From assembly GCA_028719205.1 (NCBI GenBank), contig JAQUKH010000004.1, forward strand, positions 1-38,331: a stretch of DNA of 38,331 nucleotides. Direction: 5' to 3'. This DNA is from a bacterium (GTDB taxonomy: Bacteria; JACRDZ01; JAQUKH01). A program made the translations under genes and the position numbers. Below are positions 12,370 to 20,574 of the stretch, piece after piece (position 1 is the first letter of the stretch; each line of letters opens with the position of its first letter). The notes beneath the pieces were generated by a model, which was not told the origin of the DNA, searched no databases, and saw only the letters and a list, made by a program, of their open reading frames with translations.

Positions 12370-13059
12370 TTAATGCAACGCAACTATTTCTTGTCTATCT
12401 AACTTTATCGAAGGCCCCATACTGGNNNNNNNNNNTAAATACTGCCCTTTAGCACCAGATGGTCTAGCTATCAAAATAGCTTCTAATAAAGCTTTTAAAT
12501 TTTCCAGAAGCGCGTCTTCATTGAAAGAAGCCTTACCCACAATTGTATGCATGACACCGGCATCATCAACCTTAAATTCTACTTTACCGGCTTTTATATC
12601 CTTAACAGCCTTACCTACATCAAAAGTAACTGTACCCATTTTTGGATTAGGCATCAATCCTTTAGGCCCTAAAATCTTTCCCAATTTACTCAATTCCTTC
12701 ATCATATCAGGAGTAGCTACTATTACATCAAAGCCCAACCAGCCTTTTGAAATTTTTTCTATCATATCCTCAGCACCAACAAAATCCGCGCCATTTCCTT
12801 TAGCTTCTTTTTCTTTTTCCCCTTTTACAATAACAAGGACTTTTACTTCTTTACCAATTCCTTTAGGCAGAACGACTGTACCTTTAACAATCTGATCAGC
12901 ATGCTTTGGATCAACACCAAGTTTAATAGTTACATTTATTGTTTCATCAAATTTTGTTTTTGGTATTTGCTTAAGTAAAGCAACCGCATCTTTTAATAAA
13001 TAACATTTATCTTTTTCCACTAATTTCTTTGCTGTATCATATCTTTTACTATGTTGCAT
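12370..13059 (-). CDS. rplA: 50S ribosomal protein L1 (contains 10-N scaffold gap)
   Basis: KFDET, LGVDP, LGPKGLMPNPK, SMGP; Ns at 12426-12435. Confidence 0.97.
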   Translation of the reverse strand: MQHSKRYDTAKKLVEKDKCYLLKDAVALLKQIPKTKFDETINVTIKLGVDPKHADQIVKGTVVLPKGIGKEVKVLVIVKGEKEKEAKGNGADFVGAEDMIEKISKGWLGFDVIVATPDMMKELSKLGKILGPKGLMPNPKMGTVTFDVGKAVKDIKAGKVEFKVDDAGVMHTIVGKASFNEDALLENLKALLEAILIARPSGAKGQYLXXXXSMGPSIKLDRQEIVALH

Positions 13060-13490
13060 TATGCCTCCACCTCTACGCCCATACTCCTTGCAGTTCCGAT
13101 AACCATATTAACTGCGCCTTTTAAATCTTTTGCATTAAGATCCTTCATCTTGACTTGTGCAATTTTTTCAGCATCTTGCCTTGTGATCTTTCCCACCTTT
13201 TCCCTGTTAGGCGTACCTGATCCTTTAGCAATTTTAGCAGCTTTTTTAATAAGAACAGCCATAGGCGGAGTTTTTGTTATAAAAGTAAATGTTCTATCAC
13301 TATAAATACTGATAACTACAGGTATTATTAAACTCTCAGCTGCCTGAGCCTGAGTAGCAGCATTAAAAGCCTTACAAAATTCCATAATATTCACACCATG
13401 CTGGCCCAATGCCGGCCCTACTGGTGGAGCAGGATTAGCCTTACCTGCTGGTATTTGCAATTTAACCATCGCGACAAGTTTCCCAGCCAT
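13059..13490 (-). CDS. rplK: 50S ribosomal protein L11
   Basis: [31 protein letters not shown]. Confidence 0.99.
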   Translation of the reverse strand: MAGKLVAMVKLQIPAGKANPAPPVGPALGQHGVNIMEFCKAFNAATQAQAAESLIIPVVISIYSDRTFTFITKTPPMAVLIKKAAKIAKGSGTPNREKVGKITRQDAEKIAQVKMKDLNAKDLKGAVNMVIGTARSMGVEVEA

Positions 13491-13499
13491 ATTTTCTCC

Positions 13500-14030
13500 T
13501 TATACCCTTTCTATTTGTAAGAAATCCAACTCAACTGATGTTGAACGTCCAAATATTGTAACCATTACCTTAACCTTACCACGTTCAGGATGAATCTCTT
13601 TTATCACCCCGGAAAAACCAACAAAAGGACCATTTGTCACTTTCACCGTATCATTTTTCTTAAACGGCACCTCTGTCCTGGGTTTGGATTTTTCCCTCTC
13701 AACTTTATCAATAATATTTTTAACTTCACTTTCCTCTAAAGGTATTGGCTTAGCGCCTGCACCAACAAAACCCATAACCCCTGGTGTATTTCTGACAATA
13801 TACCAGGATTCTTCATCCATTTCCATTTCAATAAGAATATACCCGGGAAAAGCTTTTTTAACAGTTACCTCTTTTTTCCCTTTTTTTATCTCCGCAACTT
13901 CCTCAGTCGGAATGAGAATTTTACCTACCTTTTCGGCCATTCCCATTGTTTCCAACCTGTGTTCCAGATTTGCTTTTACCTTCATTTCATACCCTGAATA
14001 AGTATGAAGTACGTACCAGTTTTTTGCCAT
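13500..14030 (-). CDS. nusG: Transcription termination/antitermination factor NusG
   Basis: WYVLHTYSGYE, FPGYILIEM, RNTPGVMGF, KOW motif GPFVGFSG, IFGRSTSVEL. Confidence 0.99.
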   Translation of the reverse strand: MAKNWYVLHTYSGYEMKVKANLEHRLETMGMAEKVGKILIPTEEVAEIKKGKKEVTVKKAFPGYILIEMEMDEESWYIVRNTPGVMGFVGAGAKPIPLEESEVKNIIDKVEREKSKPRTEVPFKKNDTVKVTNGPFVGFSGVIKEIHPERGKVKVMVTIFGRSTSVELDFLQIERV

Positions 14031-14050
14031 ATCGATCTCAGAATATCAAA

Positions 14051-14236
14051 TTATTTTAATAAAATTTGAATTAATTTTGAAAAACCCAAATCCATAAATC
14101 CTATAAAAACAGATAACACCACAGATACTATTACTACCAGTGCCGTACCTGCAATAGCTTCCTGCTTAGTTGCCCATGTCACCTTAAACATCTCAGCTTT
14201 TACTTCTTCAAAAAAAGGCCTTATTTTTTCAACCAT
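14051..14236 (-). CDS. secE: Preprotein translocase subunit SecE
   Basis: FFEEVKAEMFKVTW plus one TM helix; between tRNA-Trp and nusG. Confidence 0.95.
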   Translation of the reverse strand: MVEKIRPFFEEVKAEMFKVTWATKQEAIAGTALVVIVSVVLSVFIGFMDLGFSKLIQILLK

Positions 14237-14304
14237 CTTATTTCTTCCGTTTCCTATTTATACAATTTACTCACCGCGTATCATACTGCCAAAACCAAAA
14301 TACT

Positions 14305-14378
14305 TGGCAGGAGCGGCAGGAATTGAACCTGCAGTCCCGGTTTTGGAGACCGGTGGTTTACCGTTAACCGACGCTCCT
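14305..14378 (-). tRNA. tRNA-Trp(CCA)
   Basis: Cloverleaf with acceptor AGGAGCG/CGCTCCT, anticodon arm CCGGT-CTCCAAA-ACCGG, T-loop TTCAATT, encoded CCA. Confidence 0.96.
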
Positions 14379-14458
14379 AGAAAAAAGAGCTAAAAATATT
14401 TGGATTATTTACCCCTATTCGGATGGAAAATATCCTTCACTTCGTAAAACGCAAATCT

Positions 14459-14608
14459 TTATTTCGTCTGCCTATGTAAGGTATGCTTATCACACGAAGA
14501 ACAATACTTCTTACTCTCCATTCTATCCGGATGCTTTTTTTTATTTTTCATCGTTGAATAATTACGCTCTTTACATTCTGTACATGCCAAACTAATTATT
14601 TCTCGCAT
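14459..14608 (-). CDS. rpmG: 50S ribosomal protein L33, Zn-binding form (CxxC...CxxC)
   Basis: Hand translation [49 protein letters not shown] (49 aa). Below ORF-track cutoff; canonical position after tuf. Confidence 0.96.
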   Translation of the reverse strand: MREIISLACTECKERNYSTMKNKKKHPDRMESKKYCSSCDKHTLHRQTK

Positions 14609-14614
14609 TTTATT

Positions 14615-15814
14615 TTACTCCAAAATTTCCGCAATAACTCCGGCACCGATCGTCCGGCCTCCCTCGCGTATTGCAAATTTTAATCCTTTTTCCATCGCTA
14701 TTTTTGATATCAATTCCACTTCCATTGTTACATTATCCCCAGGCATTACCATCTCCACGCCTTCAGGCAGTTTTGTCATTCCTGTCACATCCGTCGTCCT
14801 GAAATAAAACTGCGGACGGTATCCGTTGAAAAACGGCGTGTGCCTTCCTCCCTCTTCCTTTGTCAATATATATACCTCTGCCTTAAACTTCTTATGCGGC
14901 AGTATACTCCCCGGTTTCGCCAAAACCTGGCCTCTTTCTATATCATTCTTCTCTACTCCCCTCAACAATGCCCCTACATTATCTCCAGCCCTTCCTTCAT
15001 CCAATAACTTCCGAAACATTTCTATACCCGTCACTACTGTCTTTTTTGTGTCTTTTATTCCTATTATCTCTACTTCTTCCCCTATCTTCACTATTCCTCT
15101 CTCTATTCTTCCTGTCGCTACTGTCCCACGGCCTGTTATCGTAAATACATCCTCCACCGACATTAAAAAAGGCTTATCTACATTCCTTGACGGCAACGGT
15201 ATATAACTGTCTACCGCATCCATTAACTCAAATATCTTCCCGCACCACTGACACTCCTTCTTTCCGCAACCGCATTCCATCGCTTTATACGCGCTTCCCT
15301 TTATTACAGGTATCTCGTCTCCCGGAAAATTATACTTGCTCAATAACTCTCTTACTTCTAACTCTACTAATTCCAGAAGCTCTTTATCATCAACCATGTC
15401 TATCTTATTTAAAAATACCACTATCGCTGGCAATCCTACCTGTCTTGCCAGCAATATATGTTCTCTGGTCTGAGGCATCGGGCCGTCTGCCGCGCTTACC
15501 ACCAATATTCCCCCGTCCATCTGCGCCGCTCCCGTTATCATATTCTTTATATAATCCGCATGGCCAGGACAATCCACATGCGCATAATGACGGTTTGCTG
15601 TCTCATATTCCGTATGATGCACATTTATTGTTACTCCCCTCTCTCTTTCTTCAGGAGCATTATCTATTTCATCATAGTTCATTGCCTTCGCAAATCCGCC
15701 TACCGACAACACTTTTGTTATCGCGCTTGTCAATGTTGTCTTTCCATGATCTACATGCCCTATTGTCCCTATATTTACATGCGGCTTCTTTCTATCAAAT
15801 TTTTCTTTAGCCAT
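14615..15814 (-). CDS. tuf: Elongation factor Tu
   Basis: [38 protein letters not shown]. Confidence 0.99.
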   Translation of the reverse strand: MAKEKFDRKKPHVNIGTIGHVDHGKTTLTSAITKVLSVGGFAKAMNYDEIDNAPEERERGVTINVHHTEYETANRHYAHVDCPGHADYIKNMITGAAQMDGGILVVSAADGPMPQTREHILLARQVGLPAIVVFLNKIDMVDDKELLELVELEVRELLSKYNFPGDEIPVIKGSAYKAMECGCGKKECQWCGKIFELMDAVDSYIPLPSRNVDKPFLMSVEDVFTITGRGTVATGRIERGIVKIGEEVEIIGIKDTKKTVVTGIEMFRKLLDEGRAGDNVGALLRGVEKNDIERGQVLAKPGSILPHKKFKAEVYILTKEEGGRHTPFFNGYRPQFYFRTTDVTGMTKLPEGVEMVMPGDNVTMEVELISKIAMEKGLKFAIREGGRTIGAGVIAEILE

Positions 15815-15891
15815 GACTTAATCTCCTATTTTCAGATAAAATCCAAATCAAAAATACTATAAACGAAATATTTTTTACCGATAAAGTATGT

Positions 15892-15919
15892 ATTATAACA
15901 AAACAAAACAACTTGTCAA
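15892..15919 (-). promoter_or_regulatory. Consensus sigma70 promoter for the tuf operon
   Basis: TTGACA (15919-15914), 16-bp spacer, TG-T-TATAAT (hexamer 15897-15892). Confidence 0.75.
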
Positions 15920-15964
15920 GGGGAAAATTACGATTTTGTGAAAATTTATTAAAATACTGTTTTT

Positions 15965-16954
15965 TTAGTGAATTATCCGGTATGGAACACCCCATGCAAT
16001 AGAGTTATAATCATCCTCTGTCTGATTTTGCAGACATTTTGAATCCAAAACATCAATAACCGCGAGCTGACGATATGGGCCTTTAACATACCACGTACCC
16101 GTAAAAATATCGTCATAAGCAATTTCGTCACCGCCGTTTTTACCATCGTCATGCATTCTAAGACGATTAATTTGTGAAGCTCCAATAAAACGGTGAAGAA
16201 AAACAAGGCAAGAAGGATTATATCTTGGGCTCGTATTTGCGACTTTAACCTGTACCGTAACTTTATCAGTATTTTTAAAAAATGGTAAATCATCTATTGT
16301 CAGCATTTGACCCGAAGATGTTATTTCTAAAACAGTAATACCACCCTTAATTACTTTAATCCATTCGATACTCACTTTTTGTTGTGAATTATCGGTTAGC
16401 TTCATCTGGCGCGGAGAAATTTTTTTCAATTGCCAACCGGAATTTGGCGCTTTTTCCAGATAAAATTTAAAAGTAATAGTATCCGCAAAATTTTTATTTC
16501 CTGGATTTAAACTATTAGCTAACGAAGTATCAACATGTAAAATTCCTGTGACAGAGCGGATAATAGTAACAGTACATGTAGCCGTATCCCCTGAAGAATC
16601 AAACTGGTAATCTTTGTTTACGCTGACTGTTCCTGTCCTCTGCCTCCACCACACTGCAGGATATTTGGCAACAGGTAATGTCGGATCGAATATTAAGCCA
16701 GGCAATAAACTCAGCCCATTGTTTAATTCCCGCGGCATCGGATCCTCATTTTTAGTAAGCACGTCAGTTATTTCTGATATAAAAAAATCGTCCGCCTCGA
16801 GAATTTGATTCACCTCACTCTCCGGACTTGTTGAACCGGTGATAAAATCATCTTTTCCAGAAGAAGTACAGCCTGTAAAAACGAAAGATGAAAGGATCAT
16901 TAATAAAAACTTTTTAATAAATTTTCGTTTCATAATATTAACAGATTTTTTCAC
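15965..16954 (-). CDS. Hypothetical lipoprotein with C-terminal acidic DDG motif (choice-of-anchor X-like)
   Basis: Basic N-terminus, hydrophobic stretch and lipobox FTG-C. C-terminal RMHDDGKNGGDEIAYDDIFTGTW. GTG start overlaps the upstream stop (GTGA); alternative ATG at 16933. Confidence 0.65.
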   Translation of the reverse strand: MKKSVNIMKRKFIKKFLLMILSSFVFTGCTSSGKDDFITGSTSPESEVNQILEADDFFISEITDVLTKNEDPMPRELNNGLSLLPGLIFDPTLPVAKYPAVWWRQRTGTVSVNKDYQFDSSGDTATCTVTIIRSVTGILHVDTSLANSLNPGNKNFADTITFKFYLEKAPNSGWQLKKISPRQMKLTDNSQQKVSIEWIKVIKGGITVLEITSSGQMLTIDDLPFFKNTDKVTVQVKVANTSPRYNPSCLVFLHRFIGASQINRLRMHDDGKNGGDEIAYDDIFTGTWYVKGPYRQLAVIDVLDSKCLQNQTEDDYNSIAWGVPYRIIH

Positions 16955-17688
16955 TTCATATTCCGGATACGCACTTCAACGTTTTTATCATCCTTCAACA
17001 AATTTAAAAGTTTTGATGTGTCTGTATCTCCATAATGATAGGGATATAAAATTTTCGGCCGGAAAGATCTTACCGCGTCAGAAACCATTTCAGGTGTCAT
17101 TGTATATGGCAGATTCATCGGTAAAAATGCACAATAAATGTCTTTCAGCGCCTTCATTTCCGGTATATTTTCCGTGTCTCCCGCGACATAAAAAAGTTTA
17201 TCACCAAAAGTAAGTATATATCCGTTTCCATCCCCTTTGGGATGATAAAATTGTCCGCTGTCGCGTTTGTGGATAAGATTATATGCGGGAACTGCTTTAA
17301 CATTTATTCCATCGATAATTTGCACATCTCCGTTTTTCATAATAATCCCGCCTTTTACCTGTTTAGCGCAAATTTCAGTTAGAATAAGTTTAGATTCCCC
17401 GGTACGTATTTTTTCCAGCGCTTTTATATCAAGGTGATCCCGGTGGTCATGTGTGATGAAAATAATATCAGCTTTTGGAAGCTTGGAATAATCAGCCAGG
17501 TCACTAAAGGGATCAATATAAATTATTTTGCCGTTAAAATCAAATATTAGCGAAGCATGCCCTATAAAAGTAATTTTTAATTTGCCTTTTGATGTCTCAA
17601 ATTCATCAATTGCAAATTGAGCATGCGCAAAAGAAGAAAATAGAAAGAAAAAAACAATTAATAAAATCCGAAATGAATTTTTTCCCAT
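16951..17688 (-). CDS. Secreted metallo-beta-lactamase-fold hydrolase
   Basis: Signal peptide ending AHA; GHAS...IDP, THDHRDH (HxHxDH), AGDT, PYHY. Confidence 0.85.
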   Translation of the reverse strand: MGKNSFRILLIVFFFLFSSFAHAQFAIDEFETSKGKLKITFIGHASLIFDFNGKIIYIDPFSDLADYSKLPKADIIFITHDHRDHLDIKALEKIRTGESKLILTEICAKQVKGGIIMKNGDVQIIDGINVKAVPAYNLIHKRDSGQFYHPKGDGNGYILTFGDKLFYVAGDTENIPEMKALKDIYCAFLPMNLPYTMTPEMVSDAVRSFRPKILYPYHYGDTDTSKLLNLLKDDKNVEVRIRNMK

Positions 17689-17715
17689 AATTATTCCTGT
17701 CTTAAATCTATGCTG

Positions 17716-17744
17716 ATTTTATATCTTTTTTTGTGATTTGTCTA
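17716..17744 (-). promoter_or_regulatory. Putative sigma70 promoter for the MBL-lipoprotein pair
   Basis: TAGACA (17744-17739), 17-bp spacer, TAAAAT (17721-17716). Confidence 0.5.
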
Positions 17745-17777
17745 TAGTGTTAAAATTTTTTAAGATAGGATAATTCA

Positions 17778-17853
17778 TGGAGCCCACAACCAGGATCGAA
17801 CTGGTGACCTCATCCTTACCAAGGATGTGCTCTACCAACTGAGCTATATGGGC
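17778..17853 (-). tRNA. tRNA-Thr(GGT)
   Basis: GCCCATATAGCTCAGTTGGTAGAGC...ATCCTTGGTAAGGAT...GTTCGATCC...GGGCTCCA, 76 nt. Confidence 0.97.
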
Positions 17854-17883
17854 TAATGTTCGATTCAATAGTGTAATGAAAAA

Positions 17884-17957
17884 TGGAGCGGGAGAGGGGA
17901 ATCGAACCCCCGTGGCTAGCTTGGAAGGCTAGAGCTCTACCATTAAGCAACTCCCGC
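17884..17957 (-). tRNA. tRNA-Gly(TCC)
   Basis: Acceptor GCGGGAG/CTCCCGC, anticodon arm CTAGC-CTTCCAA-GCTAG, TCCA end, 74 nt. Confidence 0.96.
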
Positions 17958-17991
17958 TTAAATTACCAACTAATATCTTTTGAAAATCGAT

Positions 17992-18097
17992 AATCGAAAA
18001 TACCTGCCTGCCGCAGGCAGGGACCGCAATCGAAATCTTTCGAATTTCGATTCTCAATTTTCGATTGCTCTGTTTTTTTGCGCAAAGCGCAAAAAAC
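17992..18097. repeat. Nested inverted repeats with a REP-like GC palindrome in the tRNA-Tyr/tRNA-Gly spacer
   Basis: CCTGCCTG-ccg-CAGGCAGG (18003-18021). AATCGAAAT/ATTTCGATT (18028-18036/18044-18052). Outer AATCGAAAAT/ATTTTCGATT (17992-18001/18057-18066). TTTTTTGCGC-aaa-GCGCAAAAAA (18074-18096). Confidence 0.75.
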
Positions 18098-18183
18098 TGG
18101 TGGGGAGAGAAGGATTCGAACCTTCGAAGTCCGAAGACGACAGATTTACAGTCTGTTCCCTTTGGCCGCTTGGGTATCTCCCC
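18098..18183 (-). tRNA. tRNA-Tyr(GTA)
   Basis: Acceptor GGGGAGA/TCTCCCC, anticodon arm ACAGA-CTGTAAA-TCTGT, long variable arm, ACCA end. Confidence 0.97.
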
Positions 18184-18184
18184 A

Positions 18185-18259
18185 TGGAGCCGATGAGAGG
18201 AATCGAACCTCCAACCTAGTGATTACAAATCACTTGCTCTACCATTGAGCTACATCGGC
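18185..18259 (-). tRNA. tRNA-Thr(TGT)
   Basis: Acceptor GCCGATG/CATCGGC, anticodon arm AGTGA-TTTGTAA-TCACT, TCCA end; 1-nt spacer to tRNA-Tyr. Confidence 0.97.
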
Positions 18260-18287
18260 AAAATCATCAAGTTAAAAATAAACGATG

Positions 18288-18316
18288 ATTGTATCAAAAA
18301 ATATTTTTATAGTCAA
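18288..18316 (-). promoter_or_regulatory. Sigma70 promoter of the tRNA operon
   Basis: TTGACT (18316-18311), 17-bp spacer, TG-A-TACAAT (hexamer 18293-18288). Confidence 0.7.
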
Positions 18317-18318
18317 GA

Positions 18319-19068
18319 CTAACTATTTTTTCTTTGTCTCACCGCTTCATATAAGCATATACCCGCGGCAACAGAGGCATTAAGTGAATTGATTTTGCCG
18401 TTCATCGGCAGATTAGCCAAAAAATCGCATTTTTCTTTAATCAGCTTGTGCAATCCCTCACCTTCACTTCCAATAACAATAGCCAAAGGCATTTTCAGAT
18501 CCATTTCATAAATACTTTTTTCTGCCCCGGTATCCAATCCCACTACCCAGATATTTTCTCTTTTCAGCCGTTCAATTTCCTGCGATAAGTTCGTTACTTC
18601 AGCGATCAAAACATGTTCCACCGCTCCGGCGGAGGTCTTCGCCACGGTGCCGGTTAAACCGCACGCGCGATGTTTAGGGATAATCACTCCGTCAACCCCC
18701 GCGGACTCGGCCGTGCGAAGTATCGCCCCGAGATTGTGCGGATCCGTAATACTGTCCAAGAGAAGAATAAATGCCGGTTTTCCATTTTTTTTGCTTACCT
18801 CCAAAATATCTTCAACGCCGATTATGGTATTTCTTTCCGCGTCCCCTAATAGCGCCGCGACACCCTGATGGCTTTGGCCGAAATTATAAAAAAATCCTTT
18901 ATCCTTATGAACCAAATCAATATTTTTTTCTTTGGCCAATTTTTTGATTTCTTCCACAATATCACCTTTTGCTTCTTTGCTCAAAAAAATTATTTCAATC
19001 GGCCTTTTACCTGATTTTACCGCTTCACAAACAGGGTGCCTCCCCCAAATCTTCTTTTGAAAATTCAT
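18319..19068 (-). CDS. rlmB: 23S rRNA (guanosine-2251-2'-O)-methyltransferase, SPOUT/TrmH family
   Basis: GRHPV.EA, HQGVAA, DSITDPHNLGAILRTA, GSEGEG, SLNASVA; follows cysS. Confidence 0.93.
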   Translation of the reverse strand: MNFQKKIWGRHPVCEAVKSGKRPIEIIFLSKEAKGDIVEEIKKLAKEKNIDLVHKDKGFFYNFGQSHQGVAALLGDAERNTIIGVEDILEVSKKNGKPAFILLLDSITDPHNLGAILRTAESAGVDGVIIPKHRACGLTGTVAKTSAGAVEHVLIAEVTNLSQEIERLKRENIWVVGLDTGAEKSIYEMDLKMPLAIVIGSEGEGLHKLIKEKCDFLANLPMNGKINSLNASVAAGICLYEAVRQRKNS

Positions 19069-19070
19069 AA

Positions 19071-20504
19071 TTATTCCTTTTTCCAGCGGGTGCCATCTTT
19101 TTTGTCTTCCAGAATGATCCCCATATTTTTTAATTCATCCCTGATCCTGTCAGATGCCGCAAAATCTTTATTTTTACGCGCGTTTTCTCTTTCCTTTATT
19201 TTCTGCTCAACGACATCTTCGATGCTTTCTTTAATTTCTTTCTGAAACAATCCCAGGATATTTCCCAGTTCTCTGATCTTATTTTTAGCTGAAAGCAAAA
19301 TATCTTTTGCCGGATCTTTTTCCATATAAATATTCGCGTCACGCACTAATTCAAAGATCGCAGCAACACCTTCAGATGTATTAAAATCATCATTCATACC
19401 TTCTTTAAACTTTTCTTCACTTTTTTTTATCTTTGATAAAAACTCTTCATCAGTATCATCTCGTTTTTCTTTTTGCAGGCCTCTATTTAAAAGATCATCA
19501 ATATTAGCCAGCGTATTGTAAATTCTTTTTACCGAATTTCCTGCGCTGTCCAATTCCTTATCCGAGTAATCGATCGGCGAACGGTAATGCGTGGATAAAA
19601 GAAAAAATCGGACCACTTCACCGTCATATTTCTTTAAGATATCCGATATCGTAAAAAAATTGCCTAATGACTTGGACATTTTTTCTTTGTTAATATTCAC
19701 AAATCCGTTATGCATCCAATACCTTGAAAATTGCTCCCCGGTTGACGCCTCGGACTGGGCCACCTCGTTTTCATGATGAGGAAAAACCAGGTCCTGCCCG
19801 CCCGCGTGAATATCCAGAGTATTTCCCAGATATTTTTTTGACATCGCTGAACATTCAATATGCCAGCCGGGCCTGCCCTTTCCCCACGGGCTGTCCCACC
19901 AGGGTTCATCCGGTTTGGATTTTTTCCAGAGCGCGAAATCAAGGGGATCTTTTTTCTGTTCGTTCACCTCAACACGGGCGCCGGCCTCCAGCTCATCCAG
20001 GCTTCTTCCCGATAATTTTCCATAACCCTTGAATTTCCTTACCGAGAAATAAACATCGCCGTTACTTTCATACGCGTAACCTTTTTTTACGAGATCGGAG
20101 ATAAGCTCGACCATTTCTTTTATATGCTCTGTAGCTTTAGGTTCAATATCCGCCTTCTTCACGCCTAAAGCAGCCATATCCCGGGAATAAGCTTCAATAT
20201 ATTTTTCAGTCAGTTTTTCTGATTTTATCCCGTCCTTATTTGCGCGATTTATGATTTTATCATCCACATCAGTGAAATTTTTAACAAAAGTCACTTTGTA
20301 ACCAAGCTTTTCCAGGTAGCGTCTTATAACATCAAATGCTACCGCGCTCCGGCCATGCCCGAGATGACAGTCATCATAAACCGTTACCCCGCAGACATAC
20401 ATCCCTATCCTGCCCTCAAGAAGCGGAACAAATTCTTCTTTTTTTCTGGATAATGTGTTATAGATTTTTAATGGCCCGGCTGGATATTTGATATTTTTTT
20501 CCAT
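19071..20504 (-). CDS. cysS: Cysteine--tRNA ligase
   Basis: MYVCGVTVYD, HLGH, GRPGWHIECSAM, FPHHENE, KMSKS. Confidence 0.99.
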   Translation of the reverse strand: MEKNIKYPAGPLKIYNTLSRKKEEFVPLLEGRIGMYVCGVTVYDDCHLGHGRSAVAFDVIRRYLEKLGYKVTFVKNFTDVDDKIINRANKDGIKSEKLTEKYIEAYSRDMAALGVKKADIEPKATEHIKEMVELISDLVKKGYAYESNGDVYFSVRKFKGYGKLSGRSLDELEAGARVEVNEQKKDPLDFALWKKSKPDEPWWDSPWGKGRPGWHIECSAMSKKYLGNTLDIHAGGQDLVFPHHENEVAQSEASTGEQFSRYWMHNGFVNINKEKMSKSLGNFFTISDILKKYDGEVVRFFLLSTHYRSPIDYSDKELDSAGNSVKRIYNTLANIDDLLNRGLQKEKRDDTDEEFLSKIKKSEEKFKEGMNDDFNTSEGVAAIFELVRDANIYMEKDPAKDILLSAKNKIRELGNILGLFQKEIKESIEDVVEQKIKERENARKNKDFAASDRIRDELKNMGIILEDKKDGTRWKKE

Positions 20505-20512
20505 AGTTTGTT

Positions 20513-20566
20513 ATTATATCCTTTTTTGAAAAATTTTGTATATAAATTATTATTTCATGATAAAAT
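20513..20566. promoter_or_regulatory. Divergent -10 elements for cysS (minus) and the purN-like gene (plus)
   Basis: TATAAT (20518-20513, minus) 8 nt before the cysS ATG; TG-A-TAAAAT (20558-20566, plus) 8 nt before ATG 20575. Confidence 0.5.
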
Positions 20567-20574
20567 GTTTGTCT

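Noticed and set aside
12426-12435. Apparent short deletion or odd sequence near the L1 C-terminus
   Set aside because: It is a 10-N scaffold placeholder. Typical L1 needs about 7 residues here, so the gap is probably under-sized, not a real lesion.
14287-14310. 7-bp inverted repeat pairing the tRNA-Trp 3' end with its trailer (CTGCCAA/TTGGCAG)
   Set aside because: Too short to separate from chance and weaker than the intact tRNA fold.
4111-15862. Many antisense ORFs (e.g. 8393-8962, 11404-11784, 14826-15206, 15187-15810)
   Set aside because: They shadow highly conserved minus-strand genes, reflect their codon bias, and carry no recognisable motifs.
16951-17688. Antibiotic-resistance metallo-beta-lactamase
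   Set aside because: Motifs (IDP, HDHRDH, AGDT, LPMNLPYTM) fit generic MBL-fold hydrolases, not class B1/B3 beta-lactamases.
15815-17777. tRNA-anchored integrative element
   Set aside because: No integrase or transposase, and no duplicated tRNA-Thr 3' end (att site) seen near tuf.
17980-18219. 79-aa plus-strand ORF
   Set aside because: Antisense to tRNA-Tyr and tRNA-Thr and runs through the palindromic spacer.
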